From Microbotryum violaceum (Eukaryota), in NCBI GenBank assembly GCA_001244265.2, contig CDLV01000015.1, positions 744,001 to 808,000 on the forward strand: DNA of 64,000 nt, in the 5' to 3' direction. The translations under genes were made by a program, and so were the position numbers. The notes under the pieces are model-generated. The model was not told the origin of the DNA. It searched no databases and was given only the letters and a program-made list of their open reading frames with translations. Numbering within the stretch: the first letter of the stretch is position 1; each line of letters starts with the position of its first letter. Positions 38,933 through 50,000 of this stretch are shown here, in pieces.

Positions 38933-40750
38933 GTTGATAAGTTGGGATGGAGCTGGAAATGTGGAAAAGTGTGTTGGTCAGTGTCGGAGGTGCACGCATG
39001 GCATGGACCATGGAGGAAAGGCCACTTACTAGGGATTGGATAAAATTTGTTCGAAAGCGGGCGGTATGGGTGCAAAGTGATGGAGGGCGAGGAAAGCGGG
39101 ATTTGGTTGGGAGTGATGAGAAGAAAGGAGAGAGAGCAACTTATCCCAATGTAACCTTTTGAATGGCATCGCGTTGAACCATTGTCACAAGTAAAAGAGG
39201 ATCTTTAATCGCCGAACTCGCCGGAGGAGGCGGGGCGTTAGATATCTCAGCCACCGTACGTAGCGGCCCGAATCTAGGGGTAAAGTCGACTAGGGGTGAG
39301 CCCGAGATATGCGATAACACACTCCACTCAGAATAGTGTGGAAAAGCCGAAATCCTTGGCGAAAGCTTGGGCGGGACGAGCGAAAGCTCAGGCAGGAAAT
39401 CACGGGTCGAGAACCTGTGGCGGCGGGTGTCAACCCAGGGCCAACTGGCGTCCGTCCGCCCGCGGGCACCGGCACAGGCTCACGCCGAAGCTATTCACTT
39501 CGCCGAGCGAAGCGGTGTCAGTCCTACAGCCGATTTACCGTCTTTACACAGCTTCTCGCAACAGTTTTATCCTTAGCTTCGATGTTTTAATGCCATGGGC
39601 ACTCGTACCCAGGCTAATGCGCATGTTCCAAAGAGCTTGGCGAAAACTGGAACGTGCAAAGCGGATCCTCGTGCTCTCAAGGCGCTCGGATAAGGAGGAC
39701 TTTCGCCGAGCGATGATGGTCGGGCAGGGATCAATTTAATAAATAATGCTCCGCTTCACAAATGTATTCGATTTATTTCGTTTACACCGCATGCTAGATG
39801 AAACTATCATTCAAACAATCCAGTTCCTTGATCAAGCGATCATGAGAGCACTCCTGTGACTCCCCCGAGGAGGGGTACCACATACCAAATTCTTGTTGAA
39901 CCGGGAAAAGACGGAGGGGGTCTTTGGACCACAGTACCGACCAAAAGTTCCGCCATTTTCCCGACGCTGAGCCAGAATTCGGGGCCCGGGCCCTGCATTA
40001 TCACGAGCTTCGAAGGTTCTTCAAACAGCTCCCGTTTGCCGGTTTTGACGATGAGTTGCACATTGCGCAAGCGTTCGTGCTTCACTTTCTTAAACTTCAT
40101 CTTTGTTCTGTCTCGCTCTCGCGGACCTCGAGTTTTGGGTTATCACCACAGATTGAACCACGTATAATAGCGACTCGATGCCCTATCACGCTTGGTGTAA
40201 TACGCACTTTCTCTAATCGGCCGCCAGCACTCGCGTTGAACGGAAAGATTCCCTGCGAGCGGAACAAAGCGATCGCAGGTCAAAAGTTCTGTAAGTGGGC
40301 TTCAGCTTGGCAGAGTCGGTTTGGGAAAAAAAAAAACTTACCACATGCGCAAATCTTCAGGCTTTTCGCTGGAAGAGGAATCCACAAAGATGGCGAAATT
40401 GTCACCAATAAAGACACCTTCACCGCTTGGGGAGAACAGAGATTTCGCCGGGCGATGAAGGCGAGACATCGCGGTGAAGAATACCGCGACGGTCAAGACC
40501 CCGCAGGCCTGTCGGTAAAAAAAATGTGGATCTGCCCACCTGATGGGGAGATCTTACCTGGCTATTATCACCGCGATAACGACAAAGCGAGTGAAGGTTC
40601 GTTGGTGTCGCAGTCGATTTCCACACCTTCGATGCCGCCACACTCTCTGAGCTCTCGCGACGTGTTGTGAGTTCTCAAGATTACAATAACTATCCACGAG
40701 TTGGTGTTGAAGGTGTTAGTAGACCTTGCACTGATATCCCGTGGTATCCC

Positions 40751-40861
40751 ATAAATAACTTGCTCTATAAAATTAAAGAAAAAATGAGTCTATTCAAAAT
40801 CTAAATCATGCTACAAGCTGCAAAATACATTGGTTCAGAATTAGCTACAATTGGGTTAACA
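40751..40861 (+). pseudogene. atp9: Nuclear copy of mitochondrial atp9 5' fragment (NUMT)
   Basis: AT-rich island. ATG at 40808 reads MLQAAKYIGSELATIGLT, matching the fungal mitochondrial ATP synthase subunit 9 N-terminus (AAKYIGSGLATIGL) with A/T-ending codons. Truncated after 18 codons. Confidence 0.85.
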
Positions 40862-40892
40862 AAAAGAATTGTGTCGCCTATCCTGTCGGAGG

Positions 40893-40964
40893 GGCCGGAT
40901 AGCTTAGTTGGTCAAAGCTTTCCAATGAATGGAAGCAACCCAGGTTCGACTCCTGGTCCAGCCG
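40893..40964 (+). tRNA. Decayed tRNA (pseudo), probably mitochondrial tRNA-Phe(GAA)
   Basis: Acceptor GGCCGGA/TCCAGCC (one mismatch), D-arm TAGCTTAGTTGGTCAAAGC, anticodon stem TTCCA/TGGAA around a shortened 5-nt loop ATGAA, T-arm CCAGG-TTCGACT-CCTGG. Confidence 0.75.
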
Positions 40965-41646
40965 TTCTTCTTCTTCTGTTGATCATTTCGGGATCATCGT
41001 TGATTCCAACAGTTGGTTCGGCTATACACATGAAACTGATCTGAGGAATATGCTACCTGCAGGGTACGCTGTCATGCATCACTCGATTACCCCGGCGCCG
41101 TCGGACATCACCACATTTGGCACGACCGCATTGAGGCGATGGAACGACGGGCGCCAATACTATTTCGACCAATAACGGCCAAAACACCTCGATGACTTGG
41201 AATCATACCAAGGCGAGGTCATAATGGTTCACAATATGGAGGAGTCCATCCATCGGGTAGACTGACTATACACAGCCACCAACCGCAGCGAGTATCGAGG
41301 ACTGAGCAAAGGAACAGAGTCCCCGAATCGAGGAAAGACGCCAAAACCGACTCGATACACAATACAACGAATCTGAAAACTCGGAGAATGATCATGTGGA
41401 ACATAGATAGGGGGTAAGCGCTGAGAATGCTGATTGCACCAAGGCTAGTAGTGTCTACTCAGAGGATGGCTTGTGAGGGCAAGTTAAAATGAATTCTTCG
41501 GTCATAAAAGTTGCAGGCTGATCAAGAAACCGGTAGGGAATGAGGACAGACGATTCGAGACGGGTAATGAGAGAAGATTGCGTGTTGAGGGTGAACGGGA
41601 AAAAGTGTTCGAAGTGCAATGGGCGAATGTCCGAGCGAAGATCAGT

Positions 41647-43341
41647 CTAATCGCAACGGCACACCTTGTTCTTGTGGTGCTTCTTAGGCTTGTGGCCCCC
41701 TGACCAACTGCTTCCGCCGCCTCCACCGCCTCCACCACTGCCACCGTTGCCACCGTTGCCACCGTTGCCACCGTTGCCACCATTGCCACCACTGCCGCTA
41801 TAGCCACCACTGCCGCTGTCGCCGCCATCATCGCCGTCACCGCCATCACCGCCGTCACCACCATCACCGCCGTTACCACCGTTGCCACCGGCTCCGGGGT
41901 ACCAAGAAGAAGGCCCCGAAGGACCGGACGAAGGGCCAGACGAAGGGCTGGAGTCAGGACCTGAGTCAGGACCGGAGGGAGGACCGGAGGGAGGACCCGA
42001 GGAAGGACCCGACGGAGGTCCGGAGCTCGAGCCGCCGGATTGGCTCCACCAGGTGCACTTGTTGGAACGCCATTGAGAGGGAGCGGACCAGGCGGGAGGA
42101 AGTTTGAAGGCGGGAGTGGGTTGCCAGCCGTTCTCGCTGAGAGGGATTGGAGGAACAACCGGGATCAGCTTCAGCAGGTAAGCGCGGAGGATTATCGAGG
42201 TTGTCTGATGACTTACACGCCGAAGTATCTCCAACCTCTGGGGAAATAACCGGGGCAACCGTGGCCGTTGACATCGTATGCGTAACCGTCGTGACCGGAG
42301 CCTACGGAGGAAGAAGATCGTTCAATACGATGAAAACTGTGCAGCGCAAGCGGGGGAAAGATAAACTGACCATCGCAGCTGAAGGTGAGAGGGCAACGCA
42401 GGCCAAGGTTGAGACCGGCGTTCAAGCTCGCTCTGTGCATCCCACCGGTGAACGAGAGCGTAGAGATGAGTAAAAATGTACCATACCCTTGGAATCGAAG
42501 CGAGGAAAGACTGACCCAAGTCCAAGCGTGTGTCCCAACGCTCCCAAACCGCCCAACAAACATCCACCACTCCCAAGGCCCAAAATTGCGCCCGGGAGAA
42601 GCAAGCACCTCCTTATCAAAGCCCCCGATTCCGAATCCTTGACGACATCGATACTACGTTGACGCAACTTGTAGTACTCATTGTCTTCGGTCGTGTCAAA
42701 GGCCGATTCCGGTGCTGAGAACCAGGGAGCGAGGTAGGCCGTTTTGTGCCATTCGCGAGAGGCACGCCAGTTGGATTCGCAATGGAAACCGGCGGGCGGT
42801 TGCCAGCCCGTGTTGCTGCGAGATGGAAGGACGAGAGGATGATCAAAATCCAGTCGACCACCAAAATAATTAAAATTTGCACTGAACAGAGACTTACACG
42901 CCAAAGTACTTGTAACCACTGAAGCAGCTCGGGCAACCATTGCCGTTGACGTCGTATTCGTAACCGTCACTGCCCGAACCTGTCGCACATCCCGAAAGCT
43001 TAACTCAGTACCCAATCGAATGAACTTCAAAAGAGCATGATAGATAACTCACCATCACACTGGAAATCCAAAGGGCACCTCACGCCAAGGTTCAACCCCC
43101 CATTAAGGGAAACTCCAGCACCTAACCCCAATCCCACACTATCCTGCAGTCCGCCGCCTAGAAGACATCCGTTAAGACCAAGGCCGAGGATGTTACCCGG
43201 GAGGAGGAGACAACGTTTCTTGAGGACCATGCGGGTGCTGACCGCACCATCGGGGAGGAGCTCGGGGGAGGCGGAGGCGGAGACGAGGGCTTGGAGCGCG
43301 CCGAGGAGGAGGAGTGCTTGTACGCGCGTGTGAACTTTCAT
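41647..43341 (-). CDS. Secreted protein with two tandem Kex2-delimited Cys/Trp/Gly modules and a Ser-Gly-Pro / Gly-Gly-X tail
   Basis: Signal MKVHTRVQALLLLGAL. KKR|CLLLPG and IRR|CLLLPG begin two homologous modules. Five GT-AG introns splice in frame to ...HKPKKHHKNKVCRCD*. Confidence 0.85.
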
Positions 43342-44239
43342 CTTGGCGTTTCGGGGGGAGGTGAGGTGTGAGGAAGAAAGCTGGCAGGTAATAAGACTTT
43401 GAGAAGTCAGCATCTGAAAGGAAGAGAGTAGAAGATGTGCATACCTCGAGAGACGTACCTCGAGAGAGCGAGCTGAAGCAAACGAGGTGCTGGCTCGACA
43501 GGGGGTTCAAACGTTGGAACGAGCAAGGATGGGGTAGGATCGAGATTGGGTGAGAGTGATGAGAAGGAGGAAGAAACCAAACTCAACCAACCAGTGCGGT
43601 TTTAACGGCGTCCAAAGACAGTCCGGTCCGTCCTTCCGGTATGTAGTACCAAGTGCTCAGGTCCACGCGACGAACCGACGGACCGGATCCGACCGACCGC
43701 TGGTGGCTATCCATAGTCAATAGTGCGAGGGCCTTCGCCTACTACCGACCAACAACCCCTCACCGGCCGGCGGTGGACCCCCGAAATAGAACATGCGCTA
43801 GCACCCTGCAGGACCAATAAGAAGTGGCCTCCCGGCCGGTGTGTGCTTCTTTGTCCCACGCAAAGTATAAGGCTAGACCGACCCGCCACGGACGCGTCAA
43901 GGGAAAATGTGTGTCCGCGGACGCACGGCTGGAATGGGCCTGAGCGGGAAAGCGCACGTTTTGTGTCACGCTTGAGGCCTTGAGGCACAACGCGTGGGTT
44001 CGGCGCGACAAATCGGGTCGATCGTGGTTATGGTATACAGGTTCGAGCGGGGGAAGATGCACCGCTTTCAAGTTTGGTTCCCTAAGCGCAGCGAGGGAGC
44101 GAAGAAGAGATCGTCATCGGACGCGTGCACTGGGAGGAAACACCTAGCTCGTCACTCGCTACCCGCGCAGACCCTCTCTCGCGCAAGTTGCTCGAAAGTC
44201 ATCACAAGTCACCGCCATCACTTCAACGTCGTGAGCAAC

Positions 44240-46143
44240 CTACGGATCCAACTCCACTTCCAAACCCTCCCCGATCCCTCCTCCTTCCCCTCTCCACTCC
44301 CACACCTCGAATTTATGATTCAAGCCCTCCCCCTCCTGCACCGTAAATACGCTCCCGCATCCACCGGACCCCGATGCTTTGCGTATATAATAAACATTCG
44401 CGATCCTCGAATGCAACAACGCCATCGAACACATCAAACACGGTTCGTGGGAAATGAACAAGGTCATTCCTGTGAGGAGGTAAGGGGGTGTTGAAGAAGG
44501 GTTGGAGGAACGAGGGCGGAGGTTTTGTCGATCCATTTGAGCGACGGAGTCGATTAGATTTGGGATGGCGTGTAAGAGAGGGTTTGAGGTGGAGAATCTC
44601 GTATCGTGCGCAGACGAAAGTCGGATCGGAAGATTCGTCGGGGAATGAATCTCAGGATCAAAGGATTCCGTCACGTGACATGCGATAGGTTGCTCTCCTT
44701 TCTCATTGCGACTTTGCTTCGCCGCTCGCCAAACTTTCTCCGCTTCGGATCGGACCCATTCGAGTTTACACCTTTCCCAACCTTGAGCGCGGGGTTTGGC
44801 CTTAGGTCCTTCCCTGATGTGCATCGTTTGAACGGGCCAAAGCTGACCCCAATCCTCAGCTTGGGCATCGGTACGCGCGATCGTGGCCGGGACTAGGAGG
44901 GTGTAGAGGTTCAAGGTGATGTTGACGTCGTTGAAAGGTTGGTGAGTCGCCAAAAGTTCCGAGAGGTTCGAAGGGGCCGAGGATACGGGGAACAAGAGGA
45001 CCGAGACGCTGGGTGAGGACGCGGAGAGAAGAGGTCGAACGCGTTTCAGATGCGAGAGTTCGGCGGGGTGATGTCGGGTATAAGGTTCTGCGTAGAGCTT
45101 AATGAATGCCAAAGCGAGGGGTACATGCCGAGCCGGAACGTCGACGACGTAGCACTCGACTGTGGAGGGGAGAACGGCGCCATTCAGCACTTGAAAGTAA
45201 TCTCCGAGAGCTAAGAGCGCCTCACTCACCTGTCGTCAAGGGTATCTTTTCCGGATCAATCATCCTCGTCACCTTGACCCATTCCAAATCATCAAAGAGG
45301 ACGATATCATCCTCCCACCTCCCCTCTGAAACGCTCGTATTCGTTCCACCTGCCCTTCGCTTGTATTTCTTGGTCTTGAAATCCCGTTGCTCTTCCTCCA
45401 TTTCTCCCAATCTCAAGTCGCTCAATCCACCCCACGGTCCAGCATCTTCATCCGAATCCGTCGGATCTGGTGAAACTCCATTCTGGCCGAAATGAGCATC
45501 GTGACCATAGAATATGCACAATTCTTCGCCCTCTTGAATCGCGCGACAGGTGGTATAATGTATCGTGTATTCGTCGGGGTGAAGCACAAAGTTGATATTG
45601 GGTCGTGGGGAATGGTTGAAGAGACTCCCTGTAGAGTTCAAGGAGGTCAGTTGTCAATCATGGTGAAATGGTAAGAATGAAAAACGAACCTAATCCCAAA
45701 GCCAAGGCCATCCCCTTTTCCTCCTTTTTCTTGCCCTTCCACGTAAACACATAGCCCTTCAACTTTGTCGCATCGACGCGATGACTATAATATTCCTCAT
45801 CGCTCAGAACGAGGACAGGGGCGATCTCGATTAGGGTTCCTGATGGGATGGGAGCAGAAGCGAATACGCCTCGACCTGCTAAAGGGGTGGAGAGGATGGA
45901 GATGGGGGAGGAATGGAGGTGCGGGGTTGTGGAAGGGTAGGAAGGGATCGAGATGGAATAGTTGTAGTCTGGGGCTGCAGCGGTTGAAGTGGAGGGGAGG
46001 GGAGCCGGGGCAGAGGAAGTCGATGCAGCAGACGAGGTGATGATCGAGTCCGAGAAAGCGTGACCGTTTACGAGGCTAGGTACTTGTTCGGTCGTGGGGT
46101 CTTGTATCCGCAGTGGATCGTCGGACGAGGTAGCGTGGTCCAT
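44240..46143 (-). CDS. TAD3: SET-domain / tRNA adenosine deaminase subunit Tad3 (ADAT3) fusion protein
   Basis: SET motifs AGRGVFASAPI, SLFNHSPRPN and EGEELCIFYG. Intron 45229-45160 joins in frame to Tad3 motifs SHLKRVR, WPV, NPLLHAI, YLLTG, HEPCLMCSMALLHSR and LNHKFEVW. Confidence 0.88.
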
Positions 46144-46701
46144 TTTGGGCAGACTGAGGCTGAGGCTGAGGCTGCGAAGGAGCGGAGCCAGGTCCAAAAC
46201 AAGCGGATTGTCAGTCACAGCGAGGGACACGCATATGCGAGGTAAGTCCTGGTCATCCCATGCCGTACGGCGACCGAATCGTACAGGTGTGAAGGTGGCT
46301 GGCTACATGCACATTTCGCAGGCGAGCTCGACGACTCGAAAAAGAAAGCGGAAAGTGGAGCAAGCCTTGTCGAATGAGCACTACTGACCAAGCTGCACAA
46401 TACCAAGGAGCTCGTCCTTAGTGATCGAAAATGGATTTCCGGTGGAGTCGACCCGAGCTTGCGAACGTTGCGAACAGCGCAGTGCTGCTGGGGTGTGCGC
46501 GTGTGGAATCTGGATACTGAGCTACTGAGGCAAAGGTGCGAAGCGAAAGCGCGGAGGAAAGCGGTCGGCGCAGAAATAGAAGGCAGTGCACGCAAACTAT
46601 ACAAACATCGATCTAGCATTTTTTCCGCTGGCCGAATACTTTTCCTTGCACTAGTGCGAAACCACGGTATAGGATGATGTCACATCACACTTGCGGCGTC
46701 T

Positions 46702-46713
46702 GGTCACGTGACC
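46702..46713. promoter_or_regulatory. 12-bp palindrome GGTCACGTGACC (Cbf1/bHLH-type site) in a divergent promoter
   Basis: Perfect palindrome containing GTCACGTG between SET-TAD3 (-) and BUB1 (+). Function is inferred. Confidence 0.45.
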
Positions 46714-47055
46714 GTTTCGTCGCGTGAGCCCGCGCGGTGTTTGGCTCCGGCGTGCTCTCGGGCTGCTCGCTTGCTCCGGCTTGCCACACCGCGACGCGCT
46801 GCAGGCATTCCGACGGGGGATCGTCACTTGCTCTACGACACCGCAACAAGACTCGCCGTACAAGCGACTGTCAACGGGACCCATCTCGCGTCTACACCGA
46901 CTCACATCAGCCCTGGTAGTTCGGGTCATTCCGGGTCCGCTCGCGCATCGTTCAACTTTGCCCGTCATCGCCCTTGATCGTCCGGCTCCCATCTCGGCCT
47001 TCCTCGCCTAGGCCGTAGCTCGACATCATCTCACCGCCACCATTCGCACACCAAC

Positions 47056-50000
47056 ATGGCCACCACAGCATCTGCTCCGGTCGACATCTCGACGATCGAA
47101 GCCGCCAAGGAGAACATCCTCCCCCTCGCGTCCGGTCGATCCGCGTCCCAACTCGCCTCGCTTTCCTCCTCCACTCGATCAGGTCTCGGTTCCAAACTCG
47201 CTCAAGAACACAAAAAATTCGATGCCCAGATCGCCGCGATCGATTACTATGAAAACACGGGCGAATGGCCACCACCCCCTTCTTCTTCTTCCTCCTCCTC
47301 CTCCTCTCCCACCTCGTCAGTCAACTCGACACCGCCAATTGACTCGTTAAAGTTGAGCTTGGAGGAAGTCGAACGTATGGCCGAAGACCCTCTGGACGTG
47401 CACCACCAATACGCCCGTTTCGTCATTTCCAACTACCCCGCCGGAGCGAGCGCAGCGAACAAACTCGTACCCCTGCTTGAAAAATCAACCCGTCGGTTCC
47501 TCCAAGATGAAAGGTACCGCAACGATCCGAGGTATTTGAGGTTGTGGAACTTGTACGCCAAACATATCGATTGTCCAGAGGATTGTTACAAGTTCTTGTT
47601 CGCAAAAGGCGTCGGCGAGAGGTTGGCGATGTTGTATGAAGAGTATGCGGCTGTTTTGGAGCAGGCTGGAAGGTAAGCGACGCGTTATGTCGGTCAACGT
47701 AGAGACGGCCGAGCAGGGCGCGCTGACCCGGCCTGCCACTTGTACAGACGGACCCAAGCCGACCAAGTCTACTCGCTCGGCATCAATCGCTCCGCAGCGC
47801 CCTTGGACCGACTCAAGAAACGCTACACCGAATTCACGGCACGGATGCTCATCGCACCCCCTGTGGCATCCCCACCCCGAGCCAATCCATCCACCTCCAC
47901 CGATCCTACCATCAACCCCCATGCAAGACCTGCTCTTTCGGGTCGAGGATTCACAGCAGGAGCGAAGGAGAACCAGTCCGCTTCGTCCACAAACGGTGCT
48001 TCCGCATTCGCCATCTTTAGGGATACGACCCCTTCTTCGTCATCTACATTGGAAAACTCCGGGGGAAGTGAATGGAAGGACCTCGGGACGGTCGCAAGTC
48101 GGAAGAGGGAGAATGAGATGGAAGCCAAGGGTTGGAAGGGGGAGACGATGCCGATGGGGGGTGAGAAGGCGCAGACGGTGGCACCGATCAAGTTGACTGT
48201 TTTCAGGGATGCGGTGAGTGGTTCGCGATTTTTGACGACATTGTGGGGCGGTGACTGACTCGCCGCAACCTCGTGACCGTTTTTTCTTAGGACGCTCCCG
48301 CAACTTTGACTTCACACTTGCAAGACCCAACGATCGACGTCTTTGGTCGCTCTATGCGAGGCCCAAGCGAAGCCGAACAATTGCGCAAGAACCCGTTCAA
48401 GAATTACTCCTCCGCTGACTCGCACCTGTCCACCATCGACCCCCTCGATGGACTCGTCGTCATCGCTCCTCCTAAACCTAGAGTCAAGGCTTCCTCCATC
48501 TCTGGTAGCTCGAGTACAAGCTCGACCAAGGTAGCTGCTCCCTCCACCGCTTCAGCTTCGAATACGAGTGCTGCGCCGTCCTCGAGCAAGACGACTAAAG
48601 GAAAGAAGGAACCCGCTCCCAAACCAACAAGTGAGAAAGTTGCTTGTGACTTGCGGGCCATTTATCCCGATTCTAAATCCGAAGTCAGTTTCGAGGAGTT
48701 GATGATGAAGAAGAGGGGTGGGAAAGTCATGGGTTGGATAGGGTGGGAGTGGGCGGAGGCTTGGAGTGAGGAAATGATGAGGAGGGGGGACAAGTCATTT
48801 GAGAGGGATCTGGGGACGGGATATCCGAGGTTGTACGACCTCAAGACGCATGGTACGTTAGGCTAAGATCACTCGGACTGAGTTCCGCAGAGCTGATGCA
48901 AAAGTGTGACCGAACAGCTCCTCTGTACGACTTGCTCCCTCGACCCGTCGAAGCGACCGTCGTAAGCCCCGTTCAATCTCCGGCGCGCCTCCCTTCGAGT
49001 GATAGCACGCTACAACTCTCGACCATCACCCTCGCCGATGTGCCTTCGACGCAAAGCGAACCCGTACGACTCGTCTCGTCCATTTCGCTCTCCCCTCCCG
49101 TCTCTCGACAGGTCGTCACCTCTTCACCGACCTCTGTACCTCTGCGAGACTCGTCCTCGACGCCTGATCGATCAGACTCATCTTCACCGGTCGATACGAG
49201 GCGTCAACCTTCACCTACCATCAACACGCGTGAAGCTCAAGCTATGATCGATGGCCTTTTCGCCAAAACGCTCAACTTCAATGACCGAGCCCAACCTCGC
49301 ACGAACGAAAATTCCGACTCGGGTTCGGATTCCGAACCTTCTACCGAAGATTCGGACGTCGAGAATGACCGGGCCGCTTGGGCCGATCTTCCCGTTTCTC
49401 AACTCGATCTAGCCATGTCCCAATTCACTTCTCAAGGAGCTACCTCGCAATCGTCCACGGTGAGCGAAATGGAAGCACCTTTCGTACCTTTCTCTCAAAC
49501 GGCTAGTCAGACGCAGGATAGTTTGTTTGGGCCGAGTCAGTTTTCTCAATTGGAGGAATTGAGAGAGCAGTCCGAGTCGAGTGAACGAGTAACTTCGTTG
49601 GGTTTGATGGGGTATGGTGGAGGGGATGAGAATGAAGGGATCGTGGTGGCCAAACCGAGGCCGATGCAATTGTTCCGAGATGCCTTACCGACCCATCAAG
49701 CAGGATTGAACGATCGACCTATTCCTATGTCTTTCAAACCATCTCGAGCACCTTTCGGAGAAAAGTCAGCGTTGAATTTTGCTATTCATAAGGACGAACA
49801 ACCTCAAGGCGTTTTCGCGGCGCACGATAATGGAGCTATCCCTTCTTCGCAACCGGACGAAAGGGTCGATGAATCATTTGAGGATTTTGAAGCGCCTCTT
49901 GCACAGGGGTTCGATACGGACGACGAAGGAAGTGTTGGTTCCGATCGTATCGGAGTTTCGTTGGGTCGTAGACCTGCTGGTGTACCCAATCGTTATGCAC

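Larger units (their letters stand above)
39920..41260 (+). mobile_element. Degenerate ORF, possibly a CxC5/CxC6 (KDZ-type) transposase remnant
   Basis: Interrupted frame with HIAQAFVLHFL, PCERNKAIAGQKFCKW and WICPPDGEILPGYY..SEG, resuming after an acceptor at ~41061 with an in-frame stop. The family assignment is weak pattern recall only. Confidence 0.3.

Noticed and set aside
38384-39043. 219-aa plus-strand ORF and many similar antisense ORFs over MON2, BUB1 and others
   Set aside because: Shadow frames of GC-rich coding sequence on the opposite strand with no protein-like motifs.
40808-41044. 78-aa ORF as a functional nuclear ATP9
   Set aside because: Similarity stops after 18 codons, the rest reads through a tRNA-like sequence, and there is no targeting presequence.
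46236-46247. ACTTACCTCG on the minus strand resembling the U1 snRNA 5' end
   Set aside because: No recognisable U1 stem-loops or Sm site follow. It is simply the complement of a splice-donor-like sequence.
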